From an uncultured Acidimicrobiaceae bacterium (GTDB lineage: Bacteria > Actinomycetota > Acidimicrobiia > Acidimicrobiales > RAAP-2), in assembly GCA_963774485.1 (NCBI GenBank), contig CAVZFG010000003.1, positions 1,150-65,149 on the forward strand: DNA of 64,000 nt, given 5' to 3'. Below the pieces are notes generated by a model. It was given only the letters and a program-made list of their open reading frames with translations. It searched no databases and was not told the DNA's origin. Below are positions 1 to 11,400 of this stretch, piece after piece. The translations under genes and the position numbers were made by a program. How positions within the stretch are numbered: position 1 is the first letter of the stretch; each line of letters opens with the position of its first letter.

Positions 1-881
1 GCTCGCGCTATCGCACGGCCGGGACGACGAGCTGGTGGGACGAGATGGTCCAGCACGGGGGCAACCCGCTGTCGTACCTCAACCTCTTCGACGGCGACGC
101 CGCCTGGCGCCTGGTCCACGAGCTGGCCGCCGACGCCGGCCAGCCGGCCGTGGCGATCATCAAGCACGCCAACCCCTGCGGCGCCGCCGTGGCGGGCGAC
201 CTCGTCACCGCCTACGAGCGTGCGCTCGAGTGCGACGTCCAGAGCGCCTTCGGGGGCGTGGTCGCCATCGGGGGCGACGTCACCGCGGAGGTGGCGGAGG
301 CCATCGCGGCCGGCCCGCAGGCCGACGTCATCATCGCCTCGTCCTACTCGCCCGAGGCGCTCGAGAAGCTGACCAGCCGGCGCAAGGCCACCCGCATCCT
401 CTCGGGCCCCGCGCCCGAGCAGGCGGTGCGCCAGCTGCGCAGCCTGGGCACCAGCGTGCTCGTGCAGGACGTCGACGCCTTCGTCTCGCCCCGTGCCGAG
501 TGGCGGGCCGTCACCAGACGCCAACCCAGCGACGACGAGTGGCGCGACCTGGTGCTGGCCTGGCGGGTCTGCGGCCGCACGACCTCGAACGCCATCGCCG
601 TCGTCACCAACGGGCAGGCCGTCGGGGTCGGGGCCGGGCAGCAGTCCCGGGTGGTCGCGGCCGAGATCGCCGTGCAGAAGGCGGGGGAGCGGGCCAAGGG
701 CGGTGCCGGGGCGAGCGACGCCTTCTTCCCCTTCCCCGACGGGCTGCTCGTGCTGGCCGACGCTGGCGTGACGGCGGTGGTCCAGCCGGGCGGCTCGGTG
801 AGGGACGACGAGGTCGTCGCCGCCGCCGACGAGGCGGGCCTGGCCATGGTCATGACCGGCGAACGGCACTTCCGGCACTGA
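1..881 (+). CDS. purH: Bifunctional AICAR transformylase / IMP cyclohydrolase PurH, C-terminal part (5' end outside window)
   Basis: ORF 45-881 is open to the window edge. The translation carries PurH C-terminal hallmarks: [71 protein letters not shown]. The stop TGA (879-881) overlaps the folD ATG (881-883). Confidence 0.88.
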   Translation, partial: SRYRTAGTTSWWDEMVQHGGNPLSYLNLFDGDAAWRLVHELAADAGQPAVAIIKHANPCGAAVAGDLVTAYERALECDVQSAFGGVVAIGGDVTAEVAEAIAAGPQADVIIASSYSPEALEKLTSRRKATRILSGPAPEQAVRQLRSLGTSVLVQDVDAFVSPRAEWRAVTRRQPSDDEWRDLVLAWRVCGRTTSNAIAVVTNGQAVGVGAGQQSRVVAAEIAVQKAGERAKGGAGASDAFFPFPDGLLVLADAGVTAVVQPGGSVRDDEVVAAADEAGLAMVMTGERHFRH

Positions 882-1744
882 TGGCCGCCATCCTGCTCGA
901 CGGCGAGGCGGTGGCCGCCCGGATCCGCGCCGCGGTGGCCGATGGCATCGCGCAGCTCAGTAAGGAGGGCGTCACCGTCGGCCTCGGCACCGTGCTCGTG
1001 GGCGACGACGTGCCCAGCGAGCGCTACGTCGCGCTGAAGCACGAGGACTGCGCGGCCATCGGCATGTACTCGGTGGGCGAGCACCTGCCCGCCACCGCGA
1101 CCCAGCAGGAGGTCATCGACGTCATCAATCGGTACAACGCCGACCCCAAGGTGAGCGCGTTCTTGGTGCAGCTGCCGCTCCCGGCGGGCCTCGACGAGGA
1201 GCAGGCCCTGCTGGCCGTCGACCCGGCCAAGGACGTCGACGGGTTGCACCCCGTCAACCTCGGCCGCCTCGTCTTGGGGACGCCGGGACAGCTGCCCTGC
1301 ACGCCGGCGGGGATCCTCGAGCTCCTGCATGCCTACGACGTCCCCGTGGAGGGCCGCCACGCGGTGATCATCGGCCGTGGCGTGACGATCGGACGGCCGC
1401 TCGCCATGCTTTTGTCGTTGAAGCGACCCGGCTGCAACGCGGCGGTGACCATGCTGCACACGGGCGTCAGCGAGCGCGACATGGCCGACATCGTGCGCAC
1501 GGCGGACATCGTCGTGGCGGCCGCCGGGCGACCCGCCCTGGTGACCCCGGACATGGTCAAGCCCGGCGCCGCCGTGGTGTCGGCCGGCACGAGCTGGGAA
1601 GGCCGCAAGCTGATCCCCGACGTGCGCGAGGACGTGGCGGAGGTGGCGGGCTGGATCACGCCCCGCCTCGGCGGCGTCGGTCCCATGACCCGTGCCATGC
1701 TGTTGCGCAACGCGCTGCGGGCGGCGGAGCTCGCGGCGAGGTGA
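881..1744 (+). CDS. folD: Bifunctional methylenetetrahydrofolate dehydrogenase / methenyl-THF cyclohydrolase
   Basis: Second half of ORF 35-1744, starting [16 protein letters not shown]. FolD motifs are present: [86 protein letters not shown]. Confidence 0.95.
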   Translation: MAAILLDGEAVAARIRAAVADGIAQLSKEGVTVGLGTVLVGDDVPSERYVALKHEDCAAIGMYSVGEHLPATATQQEVIDVINRYNADPKVSAFLVQLPLPAGLDEEQALLAVDPAKDVDGLHPVNLGRLVLGTPGQLPCTPAGILELLHAYDVPVEGRHAVIIGRGVTIGRPLAMLLSLKRPGCNAAVTMLHTGVSERDMADIVRTADIVVAAAGRPALVTPDMVKPGAAVVSAGTSWEGRKLIPDVREDVAEVAGWITPRLGGVGPMTRAMLLRNALRAAELAAR

Positions 1745-1812
1745 CCATCGGCCAAGGGACGAAGTGACGTGAGACGCACAGCACCACGGCTGGCCAGGGA
1801 GGCAAACGGCAG

Positions 1813-2173
1813 GTGAGTGAGCGGGAATACTCGGAGCGCCCGTGGGGGTCACTACACGGTCCTCGATGACGACGCGCCCGATCACAAGGTCAAACGACTT
1901 GTCGTCCATCCCGGGAAGCGGCTCAGCTACCAGCGTCACTCCAAGCGGGCCGAGCACTGGTTCATCGTGTCGGGCACGGCGAAGGTGACGCTCGACGGCA
2001 CCGTGACCGAGCTCCACCCGGGGGAGTCCATCGACATCCCCCAGGAGGGCGCGCACCGCATCGCCAACGAGGGGGACACCGACGTCGTCCTCATCGAGGT
2101 GCAGCACGGCACGTACTTCGGCGAGGACGACATCGTCCGGCTCGAGGACGACTACGGGCGGGTGGCGACGTGA
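1813..2173 (+). CDS. Cupin-domain protein resembling the mannose-6-phosphate isomerase type II C-terminal domain
   Basis: ORF 1817-2173 reads KVKRLVVHPGKRLSYQRHSKRAEHWFIVSGTAKV...IEVQHGTYFGEDDIVRLEDDYGR. A GTG at 1813 gives VSEREYSERPWG in another frame, which joins to HYTVLDD if one G of the GGGGG run near 1855 is removed (apparent 1-nt insertion). Confidence 0.8.
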
Positions 2174-3042
2174 CGCGCATCACCGAGCTGCTCGAGGCCG
2201 GCCCGACCTACTCGTTCGAGTTCTTCCCGCCCAAGAACGACAAGGAGCTGGCCACCCTCGCCCGCACCATCAGCGAGCTGCAGCCCTTGGAGCCGTCGTT
2301 CGTCTCGGTCACCTACCGCGGCGGCGCCGAGTCGCGCCAGCGCACCTTCGACCTCGTGTCGGGCATGCTGCACACGACCAAGCTCAACCCCATGGCCCAC
2401 CTCATCTGCGTGGCCCACACCCGTCTGGAGCTGGCCGACATCCTGGTCTCCTTGCGCAAGGCCGGCATCGAGAACCTGATGGCACTCGGTGGCGACCCGC
2501 CCGAGGACCCGGCCGCGGGCCCCGGTGAGCTCGCCTTTGCCGCCGAGCTGGTGGAGCTGGCCCGCGCCATCGGCGGGTTCTCGATCGGTGTGGCGGCGCA
2601 TCCGGCCGGACATCCCCGCTCGATCGACATGCCGAGCGATCGCGACTTCCTGGCGGCCAAGCTGGCGCTGGCCGACTTCGGGGTGACCCAGTTCTTCTTC
2701 GAGACAGAGGAGTACGAGGGTTTGGTCTCGGACCTGCGCGAGCGGGGTGTCGACACCCCGGTGCTGCCCGGCATCCTCCCCGTCACCTCGCTGTCGACCA
2801 TGGGCCGCCTGGGCGGCATGGGTGCCGCCGCACCGGCCTGGATGGAAGAGCGCCTGCGCGCCGCCGACGCGCGGGGCGGCGCCGAGGCGGTGCGCAAGGA
2901 AGGGGTGGAGCTGGCCACCGAGCTCTGCTCCCGCCTCCTCGATTCCGGCGTGCCGGGCCTGCACTTCTACACCTTCAACACCTCGAGCGCGACCCGCGAG
3001 ATCTACGCCGCGCTGGGACTGGGCCCCACCACGGACCCGTAG
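2170..3042 (+). CDS. metF: 5,10-methylenetetrahydrofolate reductase
   Basis: ORF 2170-3042 contains YSFEFFPPKN, FVSVTYRGGAESRQRT, MAHLICVAH, ENLMALGGDPP, ADFGVTQFFFE and LPGILPVTS. The GTGA start overlaps the upstream stop. Confidence 0.95.
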   Translation: MTRITELLEAGPTYSFEFFPPKNDKELATLARTISELQPLEPSFVSVTYRGGAESRQRTFDLVSGMLHTTKLNPMAHLICVAHTRLELADILVSLRKAGIENLMALGGDPPEDPAAGPGELAFAAELVELARAIGGFSIGVAAHPAGHPRSIDMPSDRDFLAAKLALADFGVTQFFFETEEYEGLVSDLRERGVDTPVLPGILPVTSLSTMGRLGGMGAAAPAWMEERLRAADARGGAEAVRKEGVELATELCSRLLDSGVPGLHFYTFNTSSATREIYAALGLGPTTDP

Positions 3043-3270
3043 CACGTCCGAGAACTTCGTCACCGACGCTTGACTCTGTCGATCTGCGCAACCAGCTCGC
3101 AGCCCAACCCGGACGGCAGCATTGCGTTCGCAGCTGGCCGCTGCAGAGTCGCAACTGCGCTGGTGGCCTGGCCAAGGACATCCGGTGGAGATTTGGCGAG
3201 AAGACGTCGACGGTGGTTAAACCCACGCTCCACGAGGTGCCGCTCTGACAACGGCGCCTGACTCGTGGTG

Positions 3271-6200
3271 CTAATTCTGGCTGAAAGCCACCGCCGTGAC
3301 GGCCGGCACGCCGGCGAACACCGTGGAGACAGCGCTCCCCGTGGCGGTCGCGTTGTTCGACAGGGTCAGCGTGGAAGTCCCGGCACCAGAGACCACCGTG
3401 GTCCCGGCCGGGAAGTTGGCGTTGGTGATGCCGACGCTCCCACCACCGACCAGGCCACCGGCGTTGACGATGTCGACCGGGAAGGTGCCCGAGGCCAGGG
3501 TGATCTGGTCGGACCCCGAGGTCGTGTTCACCGCCAGGGTCGCCGCACACGAGTTGTTCGGTGCGGCGATGTTGTCAGCCGGGGTGACGATGGTCGGCGG
3601 CGTCGACTCGTCGCTCAGGCGGGGGAACCCGAAGACGGTGCCGATGATGTTGGTCAGCTCGGCGTCGAAGTTCAGTCCCGTCGTGTTGTCGAGCCCCTTG
3701 GAGAAGTTGGTGTTGGAGTCACAGACCCAGTTGAGGAAGCCACCGACCGAGGCTCGCACCGTGTTCGAGTTGTAGATGTTGAACAGGGTGCGTGCGGTCG
3801 GGTAGTGGTTCTGCAACAGGTTCCCCGTGGTGGTCGATTCGCTGTTCTCGTTTACCTTGATCGCGGTGTAGGAGGTGCCGTCGATGGTCGAGGCCGCCGC
3901 GTATGGGTTCGTGTTGTACACACCGTTGGACTCGATGTACAGCGTCGTCGCCACCTCGATGGCCTGGTCGACGTAGTCCGGCGACGGGAAGTCGGTTGTG
4001 GCGAACTGGTCGAGCTGGTCCGAGTTGTTCTCCAGCGCGACGTGGGGGGTCGCGTTGTCGCCCGTGTCGGTGACCGGGTTGGGATCGCTGGCGTCGTTGG
4101 TGTTCATGTTCGACGAACACCCACCGCTGGAGACCCCCGACTCGGCGTAGCTGGCGAAGGTGGCTTCGGTGCCCGAGGCCGTGTTGACGCCCATGAGCCG
4201 CAGCGGCACGCCGATCGGCATGCCCTGGCCGACAGCCAGCGCGGCTGGCCGTAGTGATGCGCACCGTCACGGTGGCGGTACCAGAGGCCGGGTTGGACAA
4301 GGTGAGCGTCCCACCCGAGACCGAGGACACGGTGGTGCTCGAGGGGATGTCTGTTCCGGTGATGGCGTCACCCGAGGCGACCGTCGAGGGGAAGGTGCCC
4401 GAGATGGTGGCCGTGGTCGAGCCGCTGGACACGGACAACCCTTGGACCTCGAGGTCCGGGCCCAGGTTGATCAGGGCGCCCCAGTCGGTGATCCGGGTCG
4501 GGTCCGGTGGCGCACCACATCCGGTAGGCGGTGCTGCTGGCCGCTCCACCGTTGTCGGCGTTGGAGAGGTTGGTCAGCGCCGTTCCGGTGTAGGGGCCGC
4601 CGTTGGGGTCACCAGGCAACCAGCCCAGGGCGACCGGACCCACGACCCCGCCGTTGATCGAGGAGTACGGGGCAGTGGTCGAGGTCCCGTAGGTGGTCGG
4701 GTTCACCGGATAGGTAAGGATCGGTACGCCGTCTTTGGCGTAGCCGGTCTGCACCTCGGTCGAGCAGACACCGGTCGAGGGCTTGGAGGACCGGGCGAAG
4801 TCAACCGGCAGCGGGGTGGACAAAGCGGCGCAGAGCTGGTTCTGACCGGCTCCCGATCCCACGTCGTCGACCCCTTCGGTCACCTCGGTGCGGTCCCAAT
4901 TGTCATTGACGTCGGTGGTGGAGATGTTCTGTCCCGACTGGCAGTAGTACTCCTCGTTGGCGGTGGCCGAGGCCGGGTCCGACGAGTTGTAGAGGGTCTG
5001 ACCGGCGCTCGAGTTCAAGGTGCAGCCGTAGAGGCCGGCCCCGGTGTAGAGGTCGCCGATCCGCTGCATCATGAAGAATGTGGTGTCCGAACCGCTGTCC
5101 CGGATGCCCTCTACGTTGCCGTTATAGAAGTGCGGTGGGACCGGGGTCGCCCCTCCGGACGGATCGGCGAGTGCGGGATAGCTGATCGGACTGCCCAGTC
5201 CGGTAACCAGGTCGTAGCCGGTACCGGCGGTGCAGTCGGTACCACAGGAGCCGTTCGTGCCGCCGGTGATGTCCCTCAGATAGGACTCGTAGCCGCCGCC
5301 ATAGATCTTTTGTGCACCTTCGAGTGGACCGGCGCTCCCGTCACCGACGGCCAGGATGCCTGACCAGTTCGGGGTCCCGACGCTCGTGCCGCCCAGCGTG
5401 AACCAGCCCGACTGGCTGTCGTACGCGGTGCTGTCGTACACCGAGACGCCGGTGTTCGGATTCGCGTCGAACGAGACGTCGGGGACGCCGCGCATGCCGC
5501 CGGTCAGAGCGGAGATCTGCCCCGGCGGTTCATCGTAAACAGGTCCGCCATAGGCGGACTGATAGGCCGGTATCTTCTCGTAGGCCGAGACGCCGCCACC
5601 TGAATCGGACCACGCGGTCTCGCTCGTGAAGCCGGCGCAGCTCGTGCCGCTGCATCCGTTGAGCGTCGTACCGCCCACGCCGATCACGTTGGGCGATGCG
5701 GCCGGGTACCCGACGGCGTGACCGCTGTCACCGGCGGCGGCGGTGTAGAGGATGGGCGCTCCGGTACTGGTGCTGGTTGCGTCGAAGTCCGAGTCGTAAC
5801 TGGTCTCGCCGCTGGCCTCGCTGCTGGTCCAGCTCATCGACACTTCGGTGGCGCCGTTGTCGTCCGCCCAGCCGACTGCATCAAAGAGGTCGGTCGGGCT
5901 GTTCTTCTCCGCCTCGACGAGAACGATGGTTGCTCCCGGCGCCTCCGCATGGGCCCACTCGATGTCGAGCGACTCCTCCAGTATCCAATCGCTGTTGGTG
6001 GCGGGGGTTCCCTGCGGATCGGCCTGGTAGAAGCACGCACCGGTGGTCGCGGTGAACGGGGGACCCGAAGAGCACGTGTTGAGCGTGGGGTAGCCGTACT
6101 CCGCGTCGAAGGCGTTCAGATCGCTCAGGGCATTCGGGTCGTGGTAAGCGTCGACGATGGCGATGACCTGTCCCGCACCAGCCGTGCCGGACGGCGCCAC

Positions 6201-6488
6201 CAGTCCGGTGTCAAGGTTGTAGACGGCCCCGATTGTCGCGGGGGCCAAACCTGTCGGCAAGCCAGAGGTAACAAGGGGGGTCCCGCCCGAGCTCTGGCCG
6301 AACGACTTGACCTGAAACGGCGGCGTCGGTCCCACCAGGGCGGGCATCGGTGCCGTCGAACCACTCGTCGGAGCTCCGGATCCGATCACGATCGCGAGTG
6401 CGGCGGCAAGACTGATCGCTCTGAATGCAAGAAAATGCTGCTTCCGGCCTGGACGTTGACGTGAATGTTTCGGCGCCCCCTTTCTCAC
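3271..6488 (-). CDS. Secreted sedolisin (peptidase S53) fused to a PstS-like (PBP-like-2) binding domain; reading frame interrupted twice
   Basis: Three minus-strand ORF pieces (4368-6488, 3719-4549, 3271-4221) join into one protein if 1-nt shifts near 4512 and 4243 are allowed. The N-terminus has a signal/TM segment (FLAFRAISLAAALAIVIG). S53 motifs are ESLDIEWAHAEAPGA, AAAGDSGH and LGGTSVGTPNWSG. PstS-family-like motifs follow: RDSGSDTTFFMMQ, GSGAGQNQL..PVDFARSSKP, ITDWGAL, YPTARTLFNIYN. There are also two roughly 50-aa SGTFP...TTV.S.SG.TLTLSN repeats. Confidence 0.75.
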
Positions 6489-6936
6489 GGCGTTGCCCTC
6501 CGCTGCCGAGCGCTGACGATCATTACGGCCTCAAATCACGAAGCCCCGGTCCCGGCGTGCAACGGCAACCAGGCAGCACCAGGCACGATGAACAGGTTTG
6601 CCGTGTCGCGCTCCGCCGAAGCGAGTGGGCGAGAAACGAAGTGCAAGAATTGCCGCGATCCAGCAGCGCTCATATCAGTCCTCCATCCAGAAGCCGCCGT
6701 TGCGGAGTATCGCGGACGGTTTGCGGGCTTTTGTGACCTCTTAGTAACGCGAAGGTGAACGTTGCGCGATGAGAACTAACCGATGTCGGGATTTCGAATA
6801 AACGGGCGCGGAGTCCGCTGTCAGTAGCTCGCCTCGGGTTCGGCTCGCCGGAGAGATCGGCTTCAGTCGAACAGCGGAGCGCCCCCGTTTCCCCAATAGG
6901 TGACTCGGATACGCGATCGGTCAGCCTCTTCGGTGT

Positions 6937-7596
6937 TCATCCCGGTCGAACATCGCGAATCACAAGAGAGCCCACCGACTTGTCGTGGATCGTCTGGTTC
7001 CGTCCATCCCACAGCGGGAAGAGCATGTCAATGACCCAGGGAATGATGAGCGCGGCAGCGAGGACGAACTCCACGAGCGCACGGAGGAACGCCTTCCCGT
7101 GCCCGACCGAGGTGCCTTCGTCCGCGCCAACGCAGCGAATCCCGACGATCATCATCCCTGGCGTCTGTCCCCGACGAGACCCGATGAAGAGCGTGCCATA
7201 GAACAAAACCAGTGCTGCCTGGACGAGGAGGCCGAAGCCATGGCCGCCAAAGCTGGTGATATGGCCGGTCGATCTCCCAACGGTGATGGTCGTCCTGTGG
7301 AACGCACCACCGAAGGGGATGAGCAGCGGGATGCTGATCACGATCAGGATGATGTCGTCGAGCAGATATCCACCGAGGCGCGACCCATAGCCGGCCAGAT
7401 GAGGTCCCGCCACCACCCCTGCGAACACGGGCGGTGGCGGTGCGAACTGAGTCCGGTCGGTCCACTGCGTTCCGGTCCACCAACGGTGGACTCCGGGGGC
7501 ACCCTGCGGATCTTGATACCAACCCTCTGGGGGCGCCTCTGGCGGGGTTGGCGTCGGCGCGTTGTTCGGAACCTGTCCGTAGGCACGGTGCTCCAC
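6937..7596 (-). CDS. RDD-family membrane protein with an N-terminal DUF2510-like WYxDP motif
   Basis: ORF 6937-7596 has GWYQDPQGAPGVHRWWTGTQWT at the N-terminus. It also has YGSRLGGYLLDDIILIV and RRGQTPGMMIVGIR, an RDD-type signature, and several hydrophobic helices. Confidence 0.8.
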   Translation of the reverse strand: MEHRAYGQVPNNAPTPTPPEAPPEGWYQDPQGAPGVHRWWTGTQWTDRTQFAPPPPVFAGVVAGPHLAGYGSRLGGYLLDDIILIVISIPLLIPFGGAFHRTTITVGRSTGHITSFGGHGFGLLVQAALVLFYGTLFIGSRRGQTPGMMIVGIRCVGADEGTSVGHGKAFLRALVEFVLAAALIIPWVIDMLFPLWDGRNQTIHDKSVGSLVIRDVRPG

Positions 7597-7884
7597 AAGA
7601 AAGACGCTACCAACGATGGTTCTGGATCACCCTGACGTCACCCTTTTGTCGCGTGTCAGGTTTCCGCGCCTGGCGCGGCAACGGTTCTGTTGCCACACTC
7701 GGCCGTTTCAGACCGTCGGGGTTCGGAACACGGGTTCGCGCAACCGTGACAAAGGCTCCGCCCTGTGGACGCTTTCATGGCTTTTCGGTCCCCATCAATC
7801 GACCTGAAGGCGATTCCACGACCGACTACGGGCCTTCTTAGAGCGGGGATACCGGCTCGGGAACGGAGTGCTGCAACGAAAGGC

Positions 7885-8302
7885 ACGTTCAACCTCGGGG
7901 TCGTGGGCGACTGCATGTGGACCACTACGGTTCGGGCTGGACCCGGCACGTTGTCGCTTCCGGCGACGTTCTCGAGCTCACAGACGGGCTCAAATGGGAG
8001 CACGCAGCAGTTCACGACGTCATCCCCGTGGACGATGGGGTGGTCTTACTACTGCAATGACCTCGGACTTCCCGGATTCTTCAACGTGGTCATTTCGCAG
8101 CCCGCCGGGATCCGACCGCTGACTCGGGTCCGTCGTCGGAGACGGACCCGAGTGAAGCGGGAGCGACAACACCGGGCTGGCCAGGGTCGGCAAGTACACA
8201 TCTGCGACCCCGCTCACTCGCAAGTCACGCAGTGCTCAGGCCGAGTCCCGGAGCACGACAGGGTGCGCACCGACAATCCGCGTCGTGAGGGTTAATTTGT
8301 GA
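7885..8302 (+). pseudogene. Degraded small secreted-protein-like gene (no signal peptide, several frame changes)
   Basis: ORF 7765-8295 contains a protein-like core: GPGTLSLPATFSSSQTGSNGSTQQFTTSSPWTMGWSYYCNDLGLPGFFNVVISQPAG. After about 8105 sensible sequence only continues by hopping frames (..GKYTSATPLT..TTGCAPTIRVVRVNL, stop at 8300-8302). The surrounding DNA is visibly lower in G+C. Confidence 0.25.
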
Positions 8303-8429
8303 CGACTCCATGAACTGCTGAACCGCGGATTGCGCTGACGGCAAGAATCGGCTTTGGCGACGAGTGCGATAGCTCAATCCAGGAAAGGGGATCCGTGCGG
8401 GGAGTCGCTCTAAGTGGATAGGGGATCAA

Positions 8430-11400
8430 GTGTTCTTGAAGTGGGGCAGGTTGGCGGCTGCCATCCTTGGCGCCGGGTTGCTCTCCGCCGGGCTGGTTAC
8501 TCTGGATCTGACCGCCGGCGCCACCGGTCCGACCAGTGGCACCGTCGTGAGCGGCGTCGTGCAACCACAGAGCGGGTTCACCGCCGGGATCCCCTTCGCG
8601 AGCGGACAGCCTGTCAACGTGGTAGTTCCGGCCAACGAGACGTTCTCGTCCGATGACGGGCTGAACAACAACAACAGCTAACGTCAACATCGTCGAGTGC
8701 TCGGCACCGAACGGGGTGGTTCCCACGCAGACCTCGGCCTGCGACGGCAACACCATCCAGGGAAACACCATCCTGCCTGCCGCCGACGGCTCGTTCACCT
8801 ACGACAACTACCAGCTCTACGCTTTGCCCGACGTCTACTCGCTCGACGAGAGCGCCGGAGGGCAACCGGTCTGCGGGCAGACGGCGGCGACCGAGTGCAT
8901 CCTCTACATCGGCAACGACCAGTTGGACTTCACCAAGCCCCACTTATGGTCGACCCCCTTCTACATCACGCCAAACAGCACCGACAGCGGCACCCCGGCC
9001 GGTGACGGGTCCGCCCGGGCCGTGGCGAGCCAACCGGACCCCACGTTGTCGACCGTGGTTGCGGCGCCGACCACGGCGACCGCCGACGGGGTCGACCAGT
9101 CGACGGTGACCGTGACGCTGCTCGGGACCGGTTCGGTACCGGTCGAGGGCAAGTCGGTGAGCCTGACCCCCACGTTGTGCACCCCGTTGCCCTGCGCGAC
9201 AACCGTGACCAATCCCTCGACGGACTCATCCGATGCCAACGGACAGCTCTCCTTCACCGTGACCGACACCGTGGCACAGTCGGTGACCCTCACGGCCGAC
9301 GACACGACGGACAGCGTGACCCTCGACAACACGGCCACCGTAACCTTCGCGGCTCCCGTGGTGGACGCCTCGCAGTCGTCGGTGACCGCCAACCCGACGA
9401 TCGTGGCGTCGGGCGGCTCCACCACCATCACCGTGACCCTGCGCGATCAGGGTGTCACTCCGCAGCCGGTCGCCGGCAAGACGGTCACGTTGAGTGGCAG
9501 CGCCGGAAGCAGCGCAGTCATCGCCCCGGCGGCGACGCCCAACGTGACCAACTCCGCCGGCCAGGCCACCTTCATCGTGACCGACACCGCCGCCGAAATC
9601 GTGACCTTCACGGCGACGGACACGACGGACGGCACTGTGATCTCGAACACCGCCACGGTGACGTTCGGGACGATAACGGTCTCGGCGTCGACATCCACGG
9701 TGAGTGTGGATTCGCAGGCGCCGCTCGGCTCCAAGGGGACCGAGGCTGTGGTCACCCTGCTGTCGGCCTCAGGCGTCCCCGTCCAGGGAAAGGCAGTCAG
9801 CCTGCAGGCTTCGTCGGGAACCTCGGCGATGATCGGCAGCCCGACGCCGGCCACCACCGGCACCAACGGCCAGGTCACGTTCCCGATCACCGACTCGGTG
9901 GCCCAGAGCGTCACCCTGACTGCGACCGACACCACCGACGGCGTCCAGCTCACGTCCCAGCAGACGGTCACGTTCGCAGCACCGACGCCGTCCGCCGCCG
10001 CCTCGACCGTGACTGCGGGGGCGACGACTTCTCCGGCAGATGGTGAAACCCTGACGCTGATCACCGTCACGGTGAACGATCAGTTCGGTGAACCCATGTC
10101 GGGTAGGACGGTGACCCTCCAGGCCGCGCCGTCTGGCGACCTTCTAACGCACCCGATCGCCATCGGCAGTTCGACACCCGGCGTCACCAACGGGTCTGGT
10201 GTCGCGGAGTTCGAGGTGAGCGACGGCGTCGCTCAGACGGTTACCCTCAGTGCGACTGACACCACGGACGACCTGGTCTTGAGCAAGACGGTGTCGATCA
10301 CCTATTACGCGGCGACTCTCACGGTTTCGGCCTGGCAGTCCACCGTGACTGTGCCGACACTTGCTCCGCTTGGCTCGGCCGGTACGACGGCAGTCGTCAC
10401 ACTGCTCACCGCAACGGGCAGCGCCATCCCAGGAAAGGCGGTCAGCCTCCAGTCGAGCTCGGGGACATCAGTAGTCATCGGCCCGCCATCCTCCGCGACG
10501 ACCGACGCCAGCGGGCAAGTGTCGTTTTCGCTGAGTGACTCGGTGACCGAGAGCGTCACCTTGAAGGCAACGGACACAACGGACGGCATCAAGCTGCCCT
10601 CGGAGCCCACCGTGACGTTCGAGACGGCGACATCGTCGACGCCGGCACCCATCAGCGGCACGGGGTCGTCGTTCGCCTCACCGGCCATCGACACCTGGGT
10701 CAATGCTGTCCACAATGCGCCGTACAACCTGTCCATCAACTGGTCTCCCTCCAACTCGGGTGCCGGGCGATACGAGTTCACCAACCAGACCGTCGACTTC
10801 GCGATGAGCGACATTGGCTACGTGGGGAACACCGACACCACGCCACCCAGCTTCCCCTATGAGTTCGTGCCCTTCGTGGGTGCCGGCATTGCGTTCATGT
10901 ACAACGTCCCTGGGCTGACCCAGCAGCTCCAGCTCAGCAGCTACACGGCATGCGGGCTCTTGACGGGGGGAATCACGAACTGGGACGATCCGGCCATCGC
11001 CACCGACAACCCTGGCGTGAGCCTCCCCAATCTGCCAGTGGTACCGGTGACCGAGAGCGACTCCGCGGGAACGAATTACGCCCTCGAAGACTGGTGCATC
11101 ACCGAGCAGCCCGCGCTGTGGGCGGCGTTCGTGCAGGCACAGGACTCCCAGTCGGGAGGCCCGACCGACGGCGTAGCCATCTCGGCGACCTCGCCCAACT
11201 CGAACTGGCCGGGAATCAAAGGTGGGCTCGACGACCAGTCCACCACGGCTGTGGCGAGCGACGTGGCGAACAACGCCGGAGCAATCGGTGCCGTTCAGGT
11301 GAAGTACGCCCAGGATGACGGCTTCTACGGGAGTGACTCGACCAAGAACGTGGCGCTGGTCAAGAACGCAAGCGGCGACTACACCGCTCCGACATCGGTC

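Noticed and set aside
344-2107. Very long ORFs antisense to, or out of frame with, recognised genes. Examples are 344-2107 (-), 20979-21446 (-), 36009-37493 (+), 39218-40936 (-), 40896-44579 (-, 1227 aa), 55100-57607 (-, 835 aa) and 62320-63861 (-).
   Set aside because: Their translations are Arg/Gly/Pro/Ala-rich low-complexity sequence typical of shadow ORFs in roughly 70% G+C DNA. Each overlaps a gene with strong family motifs on the other strand or in another frame.
6536-6673. A 45-codon minus-strand ORF (MSAAGSRQFLHFVSRPLASAERDTANLFIVPGAAWLPLHAGTGAS) with a good GGAGGA RBS, upstream of the S53 fusion gene.
   Set aside because: It is too short, has no recognisable family or signal, and conservation cannot be assessed here. 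It could be a leader peptide, but the evidence is a single RBS-like match.
9037-10636. Regular DNA periodicity of about 315 nt that could be mistaken for a repeat array or CRISPR.
   Set aside because: The units are long and diverged, lie in frame, and encode Ig-like (Big_1-type) domains of one protein. There is no short repeat/spacer structure and there are no cas genes. No CRISPR array was seen anywhere in the window.
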